A stretch of DNA of 64,000 nucleotides from an uncultured Candidatus Saccharibacteria bacterium (GCA_964600295.1 CAZRIY010000001.1:24810-88809); one strand, 5' to 3'. Positions 18,388 through 28,342 are shown, numbered from the stretch's first letter. The notes: generated by a model not told the origin, from the sequence alone. Numbers and translations: made by a program.

Positions 18388-19110
18388 TTAGCGGGGGCGA
18401 GTTTTGGCTACAGCCGCAGCCCTTAGCTCAAGTTCGTTATCTAGTGGCTTGAGTTCTTTCACGTCATAGCGACGGTGCAGAGCCCGCAGAATCAATCCAT
18501 CGGCGAACTGAGGATTCTTGGGTAAAACAGGACCATGCAGATAGCAGCCAAAGACATTGTTCATGGCCGCTCCCTCAAAACCAGATTGGTCGTTGTTGCC
18601 ATAGCCTTTGATCACCCTGCCTAGTGGCTGCTGATCAGGCTCAAGTATTGTCTGACCGCTGTGGTTTTCGAAGCCTACTAACTCTCCAAATTCGGATTGA
18701 ACTACTAAATTACCGATCATCCTTACGTCGGAGCCTCTGGTTTGGGCCCCGAACAAACCGATGCCCGGAATCATTTTTTGGTCTTTGGTTAAAAAGCCGT
18801 GCCCGAACAGTTGGTAAGTACCGCAAATCGTTAGCATAACCACCCCATCGGCTGCGGCAGCTTGGAGGTCCTGGGCGCGGCTCTGCAGGTCTTTGGCAAT
18901 TAGGGATTGTCCACGATCCTGACCACCGCCGCCAAAGATGATGTCGGCCGATTTAAAGTCGTACTTATCCCCCACTCCTACCTCATCAACGTTCGGGTGC
19001 CAGCCGCGCCAAGCTAGACGCTTAACCAGTGTGATAATATTACCGCGATCACCATAAATGTTCATTTCAGCCGGATATAAGTGCGCGATTCTAACTGGTT
19101 TCATTGCCAA
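18388..19110 (-). CDS. gatD: Lipid II isoglutaminyl synthase, glutaminase subunit GatD
   Basis: CobQ/CobB-type GATase: LTICGTYQLFG catalytic Cys, HGPVLP His. Immediately downstream of murT. Confidence 0.8.
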   Translation of the reverse strand: MAMKPVRIAHLYPAEMNIYGDRGNIITLVKRLAWRGWHPNVDEVGVGDKYDFKSADIIFGGGGQDRGQSLIAKDLQSRAQDLQAAAADGVVMLTICGTYQLFGHGFLTKDQKMIPGIGLFGAQTRGSDVRMIGNLVVQSEFGELVGFENHSGQTILEPDQQPLGRVIKGYGNNDQSGFEGAAMNNVFGCYLHGPVLPKNPQFADGLILRALHRRYDVKELKPLDNELELRAAAVAKTRPR

Positions 19111-20405
19111 ACCTTCTTTACCGCCGATTGTTTGGCTAACAGCTGGCGCAGCGCCAGCATGGCGGTGTAGGTAGGAATAATAAAGCCAATGGCGCCGGCT
19201 GGTATTGAATCGATAAAGTGCTCAAGCGCTCCGGCAAGGTTTAGCTCGGTATTACTTTTGATCTCTGCATATTTTAAACGTACCGCCAGATCATTGCCCC
19301 GAATACCGCTAGCCAAAATCTGGTGATCTTGCCCTGCCATTTGTTCAAAGTCGACATCCCACAGCCAAGAGACATCACGGCCATCGGCGATATTATCATT
19401 GATGGCAATTAGCAGGGGTTGGTGCTTGGTTCCGAGCAGAAAAGTGCGGATGATTTGGTTAAAACCAGCCGGGTTTTTTACCAGCAGCAGCTGCAGCTTT
19501 TTATCGCCTAGTTCAATTAGCTCGGTGCGTCCAAAGGCTGGCTTCACTCGGGCGAGACTTGCGATAGCCGAAGCAATGTCCATTCCCAATGATAGAGCAG
19601 CTCCTAGGGCAGCTAAAGCGTTGTAGGCATTATAAATCCCTTGGATTTGCAGCCTGCCGTGATAGACCTCTCCCTTGTGCTGGATAGTTAAATTTTGCTG
19701 GCCGCCCTTAACCTCCGCAGAACTAAGTCGCAGATCCAGATCTTCAATCGGCTGATCTTTCTCTGACTGATTGTTTCTTGCTAGTTTCCCCCCGAGCAGT
19801 TCTTCGTCGTGGGGTAGTAGAGTCCGGATTTTGTCGCTGGCACCAAAGAAAACTGGCTGGGATTTGCTGGCCTTGGCCAGGCCAGCCACCAGGGGATCGT
19901 CGGCATTTAGAACCGCTTTTTGAGTATAGGGCAGGCCCGTGCCAATCAGTTTGGCGGTTCGATCAAGTTCCCCATACCGATCAAGCTGGTCGCGCAGCAA
20001 ATTTAGCACCACGATGGTGCGGGGATGCAGTTTTTTGGCCACGTCTTCGGTAAAAGCCTCGTCGACCTCAAACAACCCAATATCCGCATCCAGTTTACCC
20101 AGCCAGTTAGCATGCTCAAGCAGAGCCGAAGCTATCCCCCGGCTCATATTGGAACCCGCCCGATTACTAACCGATTTATGTCCGTTGTCCTCCAAGATGC
20201 CCCGGATCATCTTGGTAGTGGTGGTTTTGCCGTTGGTACCAGTTACTAAAATCGAACCATCTTTAAGATCTTTGGCCATACGATTGATAAATTTTGGGTA
20301 GATATTTTCGACGATTAGTCCGGGGAAGGCCGAACCAGCTCCACCCCTTAGACGGGTCAGCCAAAGCAAAGTCTTACCCAGCCAAATTACCGGTAACTTA
20401 AACAT
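19101..20405 (-). CDS. murT: Lipid II isoglutaminyl synthase, Mur-ligase-like subunit MurT
   Basis: VTGTNGKTTTTKM Mur ligase P-loop plus a DUF1727-type C-terminus. Overlaps gatD. Confidence 0.85.
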   Translation of the reverse strand: MFKLPVIWLGKTLLWLTRLRGGAGSAFPGLIVENIYPKFINRMAKDLKDGSILVTGTNGKTTTTKMIRGILEDNGHKSVSNRAGSNMSRGIASALLEHANWLGKLDADIGLFEVDEAFTEDVAKKLHPRTIVVLNLLRDQLDRYGELDRTAKLIGTGLPYTQKAVLNADDPLVAGLAKASKSQPVFFGASDKIRTLLPHDEELLGGKLARNNQSEKDQPIEDLDLRLSSAEVKGGQQNLTIQHKGEVYHGRLQIQGIYNAYNALAALGAALSLGMDIASAIASLARVKPAFGRTELIELGDKKLQLLLVKNPAGFNQIIRTFLLGTKHQPLLIAINDNIADGRDVSWLWDVDFEQMAGQDHQILASGIRGNDLAVRLKYAEIKSNTELNLAGALEHFIDSIPAGAIGFIIPTYTAMLALRQLLAKQSAVKKVWQ

Positions 20406-20415
20406 CTATAATTAA

Positions 20416-21306
20416 TTATACGGATAGAAAATCAGACACCAATTTAAAAGCCTCTTTGGAATCTTCTATCCAATGGATCTGGGGGTGGCGCTTGAACCAA
20501 GTGCGCTGGCGTTTGGCCAGCTCCAGCGTTGACTTAACGATTTTACGCTTAACCTCACCCACGCTGATTTCTCCCTCGAAGTAGGGGTGCCATTCGCGGT
20601 AGCCAATGCCCTTCATAGCTTCATTGTCCCAGCCGTATTGATCGCTCAATCGTTTAATTTCGTGTTTCAAACCGTGCTTGAGCATCTGATTCACGCGTTT
20701 TTCAATGTTGGCTCGGAGCTGTTTGCGCTCCAGTTTTAAACCCAGTAACAGAGTGTTTTGACGAATTGCAGTTTTCTTTGGTCGCCGTCCGCCAGTTTCC
20801 AAAAGCCTAGTTAGCCGACGTTTGTTCCGTAGATCGATACCGGTTGTATCAATGCCTTGCTGGTTAACAAGGGCTAGTAATTCGGGCGTAGTAAACTTGG
20901 ATAGCTCATTCCGAAGACTCGGATCCCCCGGCGGCAAAAAACTAAAGTCAAACAGTACGCCATCGATATATAACCCGGTACCCCCAACCATAATTGGTAG
21001 TTTCTGGCGGCTGGAGATCTCGGTGATGGATTGATTGGCCAGTTCTTTAAAGACGGCGGCCGAGAAGTGGTCAGTTGGCTCAGCGACATCCAGCAGATGG
21101 TGGGGGATCTCGACCCGCTTTGCAGCCGCAGGTTTGGCTGTACCGATATCAAAACCCCTGTAAATCTGCCAAGAATCGGCGTTGATAATTTCGCCGTTGA
21201 AGCGTTTGGCTAGCTCATGGGCAAAGGCCGACTTACCACTGGCAGTCTCGCCAACAATAACAATAAGTCTTGTAGATTTACTGGCCAAAATCTGGATCTT
21301 GTTCAC
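20416..21306 (-). CDS. miaA: tRNA dimethylallyltransferase
   Basis: GETASGKS P-loop, IPHHLLD, MVGGTGLY. Confidence 0.9.
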   Translation of the reverse strand: MNKIQILASKSTRLIVIVGETASGKSAFAHELAKRFNGEIINADSWQIYRGFDIGTAKPAAAKRVEIPHHLLDVAEPTDHFSAAVFKELANQSITEISSRQKLPIMVGGTGLYIDGVLFDFSFLPPGDPSLRNELSKFTTPELLALVNQQGIDTTGIDLRNKRRLTRLLETGGRRPKKTAIRQNTLLLGLKLERKQLRANIEKRVNQMLKHGLKHEIKRLSDQYGWDNEAMKGIGYREWHPYFEGEISVGEVKRKIVKSTLELAKRQRTWFKRHPQIHWIEDSKEAFKLVSDFLSV

Positions 21307-21490
21307 TGGCCGGATAATCTAAAGCCTCGAGTGTTGATGTATCTTCAATTATTTCTTCCTCTAGCTTCATTCGTACGGAATCATCCTTCGTTTCGTGGAG
21401 CTTATCTTCCAAAAAACCAACTCTCAGACGCAAAAACCTGGTTCTTTCTAGCTTCTCTGCTTCGGTTAAAACCGCTTTCAAATTTTCCAT
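21278..21490 (-). CDS. Hypothetical small coiled-coil protein
   Basis: 70-aa ORF overlapping the miaA start by 29 nt. Confidence 0.2.
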   Translation of the reverse strand: MENLKAVLTEAEKLERTRFLRLRVGFLEDKLHETKDDSVRMKLEEEIIEDTSTLEALDYPASEQDPDFGQ

Positions 21491-21574
21491 CTTTACTCTT
21501 CGTTGAATTATAAGCTGATTACCGTGAGGGATAAATTGCTTATGCCTTATTTGAATTGGCTATTATTTACGCGA

Positions 21575-21916
21575 TCACGTATTTTTTGACATGTTTCCGG
21601 CGGGCCACCAAATTAATTGGTCGATATTCACATTGAAGTCCTTGTCCACATCAATGCCCTCAGCTTCAAGGTCGCGCTTATGGGCTGCGTAGCCACCGGG
21701 CGTATAGCCTCGCGCTAAACCGCCATTGCGGTTAACTACCCTCTGCCAAGGCAAATCCTGCGGTCCCCAATGGGCAATTTGGCCCACAATCCTGGCCGAG
21801 CGCGGCCGGCTGCATAGCGCCGCAATCTGCCCATATGTCATCAACCGCCCCTTAGGAATCTTGGCAACTAGCATGTATACCGCCTCCCGAAACTCTTTCT
21901 CAGACTCCACCCTCAT
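21575..21916 (-). CDS. Alkyltransferase-like (ATL) protein: an MGMT DNA-binding domain with Trp in place of the active-site Cys
   Basis: ..TYGQIAAL..RSARIVGQ..PWQRVV.. The usual PCHRV motif reads PWQRV here. Confidence 0.7.
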   Translation of the reverse strand: MRVESEKEFREAVYMLVAKIPKGRLMTYGQIAALCSRPRSARIVGQIAHWGPQDLPWQRVVNRNGGLARGYTPGGYAAHKRDLEAEGIDVDKDFNVNIDQLIWWPAGNMSKNT

Positions 21917-22707
21917 TACACGTTCGCGGTCGCGTAGATTGATTTGGAGATCTGGGCAATCGCCAGTACGCCGGCATTATCAACATGGTATCTTTGATCT
22001 GATAGATCGTTCGACAGAACGCATAGAACATATGGACGATTGGCCCAAACAATAGCTACTTCGTGACGACTATCTTCCCAGGTACCTTCCTTATTCGAGA
22101 CTTCCAGTTTGGTCTTACCGTCTGGCAAGTTTTTCGGTAAATAGCGCTTTATGCCCCAATTTAGGTGGCAGTGCTTCATAATCTCGAGAATCAACTGTGA
22201 ATCAGCACTGCTAAGAAATTGTCCGGTATAAAGGCCACTTAAAAGCTTCGCCATTTCCTCTGGCGTAGTATCGCCGTAATGGAATTTGCCATCGGCCAGT
22301 AATTCCAGTTGGGTTTGTTTCATACCGACTGAGGACAACCAGACATTGATAGCCTGGGCACCAAATTTATTAACCAATAGTTTTGCTGCGGTATTGTCAG
22401 ACTGGGCCAGCATAGTGGTTATTGCATCTTGGATGGTAATCTTTAGCCCGTCATGGAGTAGATTTAAAACACCAGTCCCGGGCATTTTAGCGCCCTTTTC
22501 CAGCGTTAATTCGTCTAATAATTTTGCTTTGCCCTCTTTGATAAATTTCATCACGGCCGTGGCAATCGGCACCTTGGCTAAACTGGCTGCGTAGAATTTT
22601 TGGTTAGAATTCAGCTCAAAGAAAGGTTTATCTTCATTTACGAATTGAGCTTGAATACCCCATTTTCCACCAGCTTTGAAGATAATTTTTTGAATTTCCT
22701 CTTTCAT
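21916..22707 (-). CDS. Class A beta-lactamase-related serine hydrolase
   Basis: ASLAK (SxxK), SDN, KEG (a KTG-like triad). Confidence 0.6.
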   Translation of the reverse strand: MKEEIQKIIFKAGGKWGIQAQFVNEDKPFFELNSNQKFYAASLAKVPIATAVMKFIKEGKAKLLDELTLEKGAKMPGTGVLNLLHDGLKITIQDAITTMLAQSDNTAAKLLVNKFGAQAINVWLSSVGMKQTQLELLADGKFHYGDTTPEEMAKLLSGLYTGQFLSSADSQLILEIMKHCHLNWGIKRYLPKNLPDGKTKLEVSNKEGTWEDSRHEVAIVWANRPYVLCVLSNDLSDQRYHVDNAGVLAIAQISKSIYATANV

Positions 22708-23288
22708 AGCAGCTCCCGAGCAACTGCGTGCCAGTCATTGACCCGTTTTACATTCGGCGGCAATTTATCCGTCTGATTCCAGGGGTAATTACCAAATAAT
22801 AACCCTTTTACGCTGTTTTTTGCTGCCTCAAGAATATGACCCAAATGATCGTCGATTAAAATGCTTGCTCCTAGCTCACGACTCAACTCACCTTTAGATC
22901 TGTAGCCGCTGGTATCGAAATAATACGAATGCACAACGTCTTTAAAAATATCGGGGAAGTGTTCTTTAACCCATTGTTTGGTAGCTTCCTCAATGATGTG
23001 AGGCCTTCCAGTTATCACCACTAATTTATAGACGCGCTTCAAAGCGCTTATGGTAGATATCGCATCCTCAACGGGGGGGATATTCAGATATTCAGGACTA
23101 TTCAGAAACTTGTGGATCCTTTCCACGGCTTTAGCTTTGGTATCCGTTTGCCACCTACCAAGATCTTCAGTATAGAAATCTTCCGTAGTCATGTCGGTGT
23201 CGAAGTTTTGGTTGTAGTATTCAATAATTTTTGGTGCGGTTTCTACAACTACATCATCAAGATCAATCGCGACCGTTTCTTGGACCAT
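22704..23288 (-). CDS. HAD-superfamily hydrolase, 5'(3')-deoxyribonucleotidase-like
   Basis: DLDDVV motif I. Confidence 0.6.
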   Translation of the reverse strand: MVQETVAIDLDDVVVETAPKIIEYYNQNFDTDMTTEDFYTEDLGRWQTDTKAKAVERIHKFLNSPEYLNIPPVEDAISTISALKRVYKLVVITGRPHIIEEATKQWVKEHFPDIFKDVVHSYYFDTSGYRSKGELSRELGASILIDDHLGHILEAAKNSVKGLLFGNYPWNQTDKLPPNVKRVNDWHAVARELL

Positions 23289-23289
23289 T

Positions 23290-25122
23290 TTAAAGCGACG
23301 AGTGGTGGACGTGGGATTTAACTTCGTTAACCACGGTTTGGATAAATTGATTTACGCCAATCGGTCTTTCTTCATGCTTGACCGCCATGTCTAAACGAAC
23401 CCTTGGTACCACTTTGCCACTTTTAACCTCTTTATCACCGACTACCAGAGTATAGGGTACCTTCATAACCTCAGATTCACGAATCTTTTTAGACACCGTT
23501 TGATTACTCAAATCGGCACCAGCACGCAGACCCGCGTCCTTTAGTTGTTCAAGAATTTTTTTAGCATAATCAAGGACTGGTTTTGAGTCATTAATGACTA
23601 CTAGCCGGACTTGTTCGGGTGCTACCCAGACTGGGAAACGCCCCCCGGTATGCTCTAGGTAAACGGCCAGGAAACGTTCAATTGAACCCATCAGGGCATA
23701 ATGAATCATTACCGGGGTTTTGGCAGAGCCATCCTCGGCCGTATATTCGAGCTCGAAGCGGGCAGGCTGGACAAAATCTAACTGAATGGTTGCCAGTTGC
23801 CACTCTCGGCCCAGTGAATCCACCGCAATCATATCAATCTTAGGCCCGTAAAATGCGGCCTCACCCTGATCAATTTGATAATCTAACTTGTTGGCCTTGG
23901 CCACCTTTTCCAGTATGGCTTGCGACTGATCCCATAGCTTTTTATCGCCCAAAAATTTATCAGAGCTGTCGCGGAATGACAGATGAATCTTGAGCCCCAG
24001 GTCAACTGATCGATAAAAGGTTTGGCTAATTTCTAATAGCTCATCGACAATGGCATCAATTTGACCGGCTGTGCAAAAAACGTGGGTGTCATCCTGTGTT
24101 ACCGAGCGAACGCGTGATAAGCCGTGGAGTTCACCAGACTTTTCATCCCGGTAAATAGTGGTAGTTTCCATGTATTTAACGGGTAAGTCGCGGTAACTGC
24201 GCGGCCGTGAGGCGTAAATTTGGGCGTGGTGGGGGCAGTTCATGGGTTTGAGCACCAATTGGTCGGCGGTTTCCTGGCTTTTTACCAAAAACAATTCCTC
24301 GCCAAACTTTTCCCAATGTCCCGAAGCCTCATACAATCGCTGGTGACCGATGTGGGGTACCCACACCCGCTGGTAGCCTCTGGCTCGGCGTAGCCCTTGG
24401 CTTAGTTGGTTGAGCTTATCACGCAGCACAGTGCCTCTGGGCGTAAACAGGGGCAAGCCTTTACCCACTAGATCTGAGAAAGTGAATAAATCGAGCTCCT
24501 GACCCATGCGCCGATGGTCGCGGCGCTCGGCTTCTTCCAGGTTCTGTAGATGCTTATCGACTTCTTCTTGAGTCGCAAAGGCTGCACCGTAAATTCGCTG
24601 TAGCTGTGGGTTCTTTTCGTTTCCACGCCAGTATGCCCCCGCGATTTTTTGGAGTTTGAATGCCCCAACTTGACCGGTCGATTTAACATGCGGCCCACGG
24701 CAGAGGTCTTCAAAATCACCCGTACTGTAAAACGAAATTTTATCTACCGACTTACCTACTATGTGGTCATCTTCAACATCTTTAACTGCCGTAGTACCCT
24801 TGGTTTTCAGATCATTCAACAGCTCCACCTTGTAATCTTGCTTATTGTCTTTAGCCCATTTGATAGCCTTCTCAATATCCAGATCAAATTGCTCAAACGG
24901 CAGGTCGGCATTAATAATCTCGGTCATTTCGTCTTCAATCTTGGGCAAATCTTCAGGTCTTAGGGTGTCTTTACCGAGATCAATATCGTAATAAAAACCA
25001 TCTTCGATAACCGGCCCAACGCCAAACTTAGCTTTGGACCATAGTTTCTGAACCGCAGCTGCCATAATATGCGCCAGCGAATGCCGCATCGCTTGTAGTT
25101 CTTTATCTTTTGTCTCGGCCAT
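23290..25122 (-). CDS. thrS: Threonine--tRNA ligase (no N-terminal TGS domain)
   Basis: HSLAHIMAAAV editing-domain motif, class II aaRS core, C-terminal anticodon-binding domain. Confidence 0.9.
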   Translation of the reverse strand: MAETKDKELQAMRHSLAHIMAAAVQKLWSKAKFGVGPVIEDGFYYDIDLGKDTLRPEDLPKIEDEMTEIINADLPFEQFDLDIEKAIKWAKDNKQDYKVELLNDLKTKGTTAVKDVEDDHIVGKSVDKISFYSTGDFEDLCRGPHVKSTGQVGAFKLQKIAGAYWRGNEKNPQLQRIYGAAFATQEEVDKHLQNLEEAERRDHRRMGQELDLFTFSDLVGKGLPLFTPRGTVLRDKLNQLSQGLRRARGYQRVWVPHIGHQRLYEASGHWEKFGEELFLVKSQETADQLVLKPMNCPHHAQIYASRPRSYRDLPVKYMETTTIYRDEKSGELHGLSRVRSVTQDDTHVFCTAGQIDAIVDELLEISQTFYRSVDLGLKIHLSFRDSSDKFLGDKKLWDQSQAILEKVAKANKLDYQIDQGEAAFYGPKIDMIAVDSLGREWQLATIQLDFVQPARFELEYTAEDGSAKTPVMIHYALMGSIERFLAVYLEHTGGRFPVWVAPEQVRLVVINDSKPVLDYAKKILEQLKDAGLRAGADLSNQTVSKKIRESEVMKVPYTLVVGDKEVKSGKVVPRVRLDMAVKHEERPIGVNQFIQTVVNEVKSHVHHSSL

Positions 25123-25150
25123 TGAGATTGATTATATAATAGTCGGGTTA

Positions 25151-25227
25151 GGGTGCGTAGCTCAGTTGGCTAGAGCGCATGATTCACATTCATGAGGTCG
25201 GAGGTTCGAGTCCTCCCGTACCCACCA
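25151..25227 (+). tRNA. tRNA-Val (anticodon CAC)
   Basis: Acceptor GGGTGCG/CGTACCC; anticodon loop TTCACAT; T-loop GGTTCGAGTCC; CCA encoded. A TATATAAT -10 sits upstream. Confidence 0.85.
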
Positions 25228-25252
25228 GAGGAAGATAGTAATATTTTACTAG

Positions 25253-25648
25253 TTAGTTGTTGCTACTTAACAGAGATAGTTTGATTTCCCTATCTTTTGG
25301 ACCATCTAGTTCAATCAGTACTATGCTTTGCCAGCTTCCAAGCACCACTTTGCCCTTTTCGACTGGCAAAGTTATTGAAGTACCAATCAAAGTTGATAGC
25401 AAATGGGCTGGGACGTGGGCGGGATCGTGCGAATGCCGCCAATTGATATTTGGAATCAGAGACTCCAGAAAATCGAGTAAATCTTTATCGGTGCCGGGGT
25501 CGAGCTCGGCTACTGCCATCGCACAAGTTGTATGAAGAGCGCTAATAACTACTGCACCATCTGTTTTACTGCTACTTGCAGCTCGCTGAACCTGTCCAGT
25601 AATGTCTATAATTTCCTGCGGCTGGCTGGTCTGTGCCTTAATGATCAC
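25253..25648 (-). CDS. YjbQ/UPF0047 family protein (secondary thiamine-phosphate synthase-like)
   Basis: IIDITGQV, ALHTTCA, HVPAHL motifs. Confidence 0.75.
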   Translation of the reverse strand: MIIKAQTSQPQEIIDITGQVQRAASSSKTDGAVVISALHTTCAMAVAELDPGTDKDLLDFLESLIPNINWRHSHDPAHVPAHLLSTLIGTSITLPVEKGKVVLGSWQSIVLIELDGPKDREIKLSLLSSNN

Positions 25649-25880
25649 GACTAAATAGTCTGATTGCAGTTTTGCCGGCCTGGCGGAGCAAATTAGAAAT
25701 ATAAAATGGCCTGTAGGCTTCTGTTAGTCTGGCTGTGACCTCGGCTCTAGCGATTTGATGCTGCCTCTCGCGGGCAAAACGGAAATAATCTTCCGATGAT
25801 AGCTCGCCAGCAATCCAAGCTTCTGATTCTTCTGTAGTCGGTGTCGAGTAACTAACACCAAATTCTTCCCTCTCTGCCAT
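25638..25880 (-). CDS. Hypothetical protein
   Basis: 80-aa ORF between YjbQ and tRNA-Val. Confidence 0.3.
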   Translation of the reverse strand: MAEREEFGVSYSTPTTEESEAWIAGELSSEDYFRFARERQHQIARAEVTARLTEAYRPFYISNLLRQAGKTAIRLFSRDH

Positions 25881-25882
25881 AT

Positions 25883-25959
25883 TGTTATAATACTACCTAC
25901 TCGGGCTCTTAGCTCAGTTGGCTAGAGCGCTTCCTTGACGTGGAAGAGGTCAGAGGTTC
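25883..25959 (+). tRNA. tRNA-Val (anticodon GAC)
   Basis: Acceptor GGGCTCT/AGAGCCC; anticodon loop TTGACGT; CCA encoded. Confidence 0.85.
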
Positions 25960-25998
25960 GAATCCTCTAGAGCCCACCAAAAAGGAGACCACAGAATA

Positions 25999-26193
25999 AT
26001 GAATATTATATTAGTCATCACGTTATTTGCGGCAATTTTAGCCGCTGTGATATTTGGACGCAGCGGGGGCCTTAAACGTCTGTTTGAGCTCCAGCCGGGG
26101 ATTAGGATCGCCTTATCGGTATTGATTGTTGGTGGGGCGCTTGGACTGGGAATTCTGGCTGCTTTTGCGCTGTTGGCTCTGATTCTACAATAG
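25999..26193 (+). CDS. Small hydrophobic membrane protein
   Basis: 64 aa with two TM segments. Strong AAGGAG RBS 8 nt upstream. Confidence 0.45.
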   Translation: MNIILVITLFAAILAAVIFGRSGGLKRLFELQPGIRIALSVLIVGGALGLGILAAFALLALILQ

Positions 26194-26317
26194 CCTTTAC
26201 CGCTTGTGGGGCATTTATGCCTTGACGCCATAATATATTACAGACCGATTGCACAGCTCACCGGTTCGAAACTGACATATATTTTGAAAGCTGATACACT
26301 TTTGGTACACTAATAAT

Positions 26318-26536
26318 ATGTCTACTGCTAAAACCAGAATTAACATTAGTCTACCCGATGAAGTCAAAGAAGCGCTGGTTGAACTAGCTAAGCGTGATCG
26401 TGTTCCGGCTGCTACTAAGGCTGGCAGGTTACTCGAAATTGGTCTTGAACTCGAAGAGGATTTAGTTTGGGACAAAATTGCCGCCAGACGTGATACTAAA
26501 GACGCTAACTTTTTGTCTCACGCCCAAGCTTTTTAG
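26318..26536 (+). CDS. Ribbon-helix-helix antitoxin (RelB/ParD-like)
   Basis: TRINISLPDEVKEAL... RHH motif. Lies 3 nt upstream of the RelE-like gene. Confidence 0.6.
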   Translation: MSTAKTRINISLPDEVKEALVELAKRDRVPAATKAGRLLEIGLELEEDLVWDKIAARRDTKDANFLSHAQAF

Positions 26537-26539
26537 CCG

Positions 26540-26812
26540 ATGTATGAGATCTTCTACCACGAGGGCGTAGTTAGATCGGACATCCCCAAACTAAGCAGCG
26601 AGTGGAAATCTAAAATCCAGAAAGCCATTACGGCCAAGTTAACCAGCCGACCCGAAGTTTACGGTAAGCCGTTGCGCCGTTCGTTAAAAAACTACAGAAA
26701 GTTGCGGGTGGGTGATTATCGGGTAATTTTCCGCATCGAAGGTAAGGCGGTCAAAGTCTTTATTATTCAGCACCGGTCGGTCGTGTATTCATCTGCTCGT
26801 AATCGTATCTAG
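26540..26812 (+). CDS. RelE/ParE-family type II toxin
   Basis: KLRVGDYRVIFRIE..IQHRSVVY, typical of RelE/StbE. Confidence 0.7.
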   Translation: MYEIFYHEGVVRSDIPKLSSEWKSKIQKAITAKLTSRPEVYGKPLRRSLKNYRKLRVGDYRVIFRIEGKAVKVFIIQHRSVVYSSARNRI

Positions 26813-26903
26813 GTTTATTATTTTCAGATTTACTTACCTTAACCCATAGCTCTAAGGAAGAGCGTGGCTACCACGTTTGTATTGTAGACAATTCGCATGA
26901 GTT

Positions 26904-27146
26904 CTAACGCCTTTTAGCTCGACTCACTTCTTTGCCGGCTCGTACGCAGTCCTCATCTGAAACTAGACCAGCTTGCTCGACTATGGCACTGAGTTCGTCA
27001 GCTCCTGCTGCCAGAGCATCCCAGGCTTCAGTGTCTTGGGTGCGCAAGCGGCTAACCACCGCTTGGCGGATGTATTCACTGCGGATGCCATATTGATCCT
27101 TAGCAGCTCTATCTATTTTCTTTACTAATTCCTTGGGGGTTGCCAT
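26904..27146 (-). CDS. Ribbon-helix-helix (CopG/Arc-like) DNA-binding protein
   Basis: SEYIRQAVVSRL RHH signature. Confidence 0.45.
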   Translation of the reverse strand: MATPKELVKKIDRAAKDQYGIRSEYIRQAVVSRLRTQDTEAWDALAAGADELSAIVEQAGLVSDEDCVRAGKEVSRAKRR

Positions 27147-27213
27147 ATAAATCCTACATTAATCGTATGTAAGTTTTGCATGCTCTGGTCGCTTATGGCT
27201 CAATGAGTAATTC

Positions 27214-28062
27214 TCAAGCCTCTTCCCAAATCTGCCCCAGAGCTCCATGCTCTTTCAGCTTCTCTGTTGTCGTAAATCGCATATGTGGCCTGTCTTCGTC
27301 GTCTCGTTCCCAGATGTCTGCTATCAGTCCTCTGGTTCGGCGCTTGGCATAAATCAGGTCAGTGGTGGTTGGACAAATCAACAAGATGATCGGTACCGGG
27401 TCGCCATAGGTTTCGCTCTCCCATTCGTCCATTTCTTCATCTAAATATTCAACATATTTCTTCAGCCTATAGCGCAATCGGTAACGTGGTAGGGTGGCAT
27501 CAAACACCTCCAACAGATAACTTTCAACAGCGTGCGGTTCGCCCAGACCATCGTACTGCTCTTTGGAAAAACACAGGTGCGGATGAATCAGCTCATTGTC
27601 GCTCAAAAAGTGGTAGTAGCTATCACTCAAGTAGTCGGCTTCAGTTTCGTAGAAATACCAGGTTTGGGGATACCCACTCTCATCGCTACCATCTTCAAGA
27701 CTAATGCAAGAATCTGCAATCAGCAGACAGCGATCTATAAAGCTTTGGCTGCGCTCATGTTCTCGGTATCGCTTGCGGATTTCTCCGGCTGGATGGGAAT
27801 CTCTATTCTGCAGCTGCCGTATGCCGTTAATACCTAGATAGTAGATGGCTGGCTTGGTCTTCTCGGCAAAGTGGTCCGGATTGTAGATCCAATTGATATA
27901 CGCCTTGGCTCGTAGGTCTCTTAGCCATAGGTTAATAGTCTTTTTATCTTTATGCTTTAGTATTGTCTGTATTTGTATTCTAATTAAGAATCTATGGGTA
28001 TATAGAAGATCAAGTATCTCTCTTTGTTTCCCGGTTATTTTTGGCGCTTGTTGTAGTTTCAT
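27214..28062 (-). CDS. Replication-relaxation family protein (associated with plasmids and integrative elements)
   Basis: N-terminal ..ITGKQREILDLLYTHRFLIRIQIQ.., the family's wHTH signature. Sits in AT-rich DNA. Confidence 0.45.
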   Translation of the reverse strand: MKLQQAPKITGKQREILDLLYTHRFLIRIQIQTILKHKDKKTINLWLRDLRAKAYINWIYNPDHFAEKTKPAIYYLGINGIRQLQNRDSHPAGEIRKRYREHERSQSFIDRCLLIADSCISLEDGSDESGYPQTWYFYETEADYLSDSYYHFLSDNELIHPHLCFSKEQYDGLGEPHAVESYLLEVFDATLPRYRLRYRLKKYVEYLDEEMDEWESETYGDPVPIILLICPTTTDLIYAKRRTRGLIADIWERDDEDRPHMRFTTTEKLKEHGALGQIWEEA

Positions 28063-28205
28063 TTTGCCAAACCCTCCTACTCCCTATATGTATAAAGGTA
28101 GGTACCACTATAGCTGGAAAATAACAGATTGGCACAAGCGCAATCCTGCCCTCGCCCGTGGGGGCAGAAATAATCGAGCTTTTTTACTCGTGCGGTTGGC
28201 AAGCT

Positions 28206-28269
28206 ATTGAACCATTATGTAGGTTGAAAGTGTCTAAGATGTATGGTGGCTAAATATTGAACCATTACG
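28206..28269. repeat. Two 17-bp direct repeats (ATTGAACCATTAYGT), iteron- or operator-like
   Basis: CTATTGAACCATTATGT at 28206 and ATATTGAACCATTACGT at 28253, upstream of the replication-relaxation gene. Confidence 0.4.
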
Positions 28270-28342
28270 TTCCGTTTGACATAATAGATACTTCCTGCTA
28301 AAGTAATCTGGTTTCCGTGAGGAAAGGAGGTACTTTTAGCTT

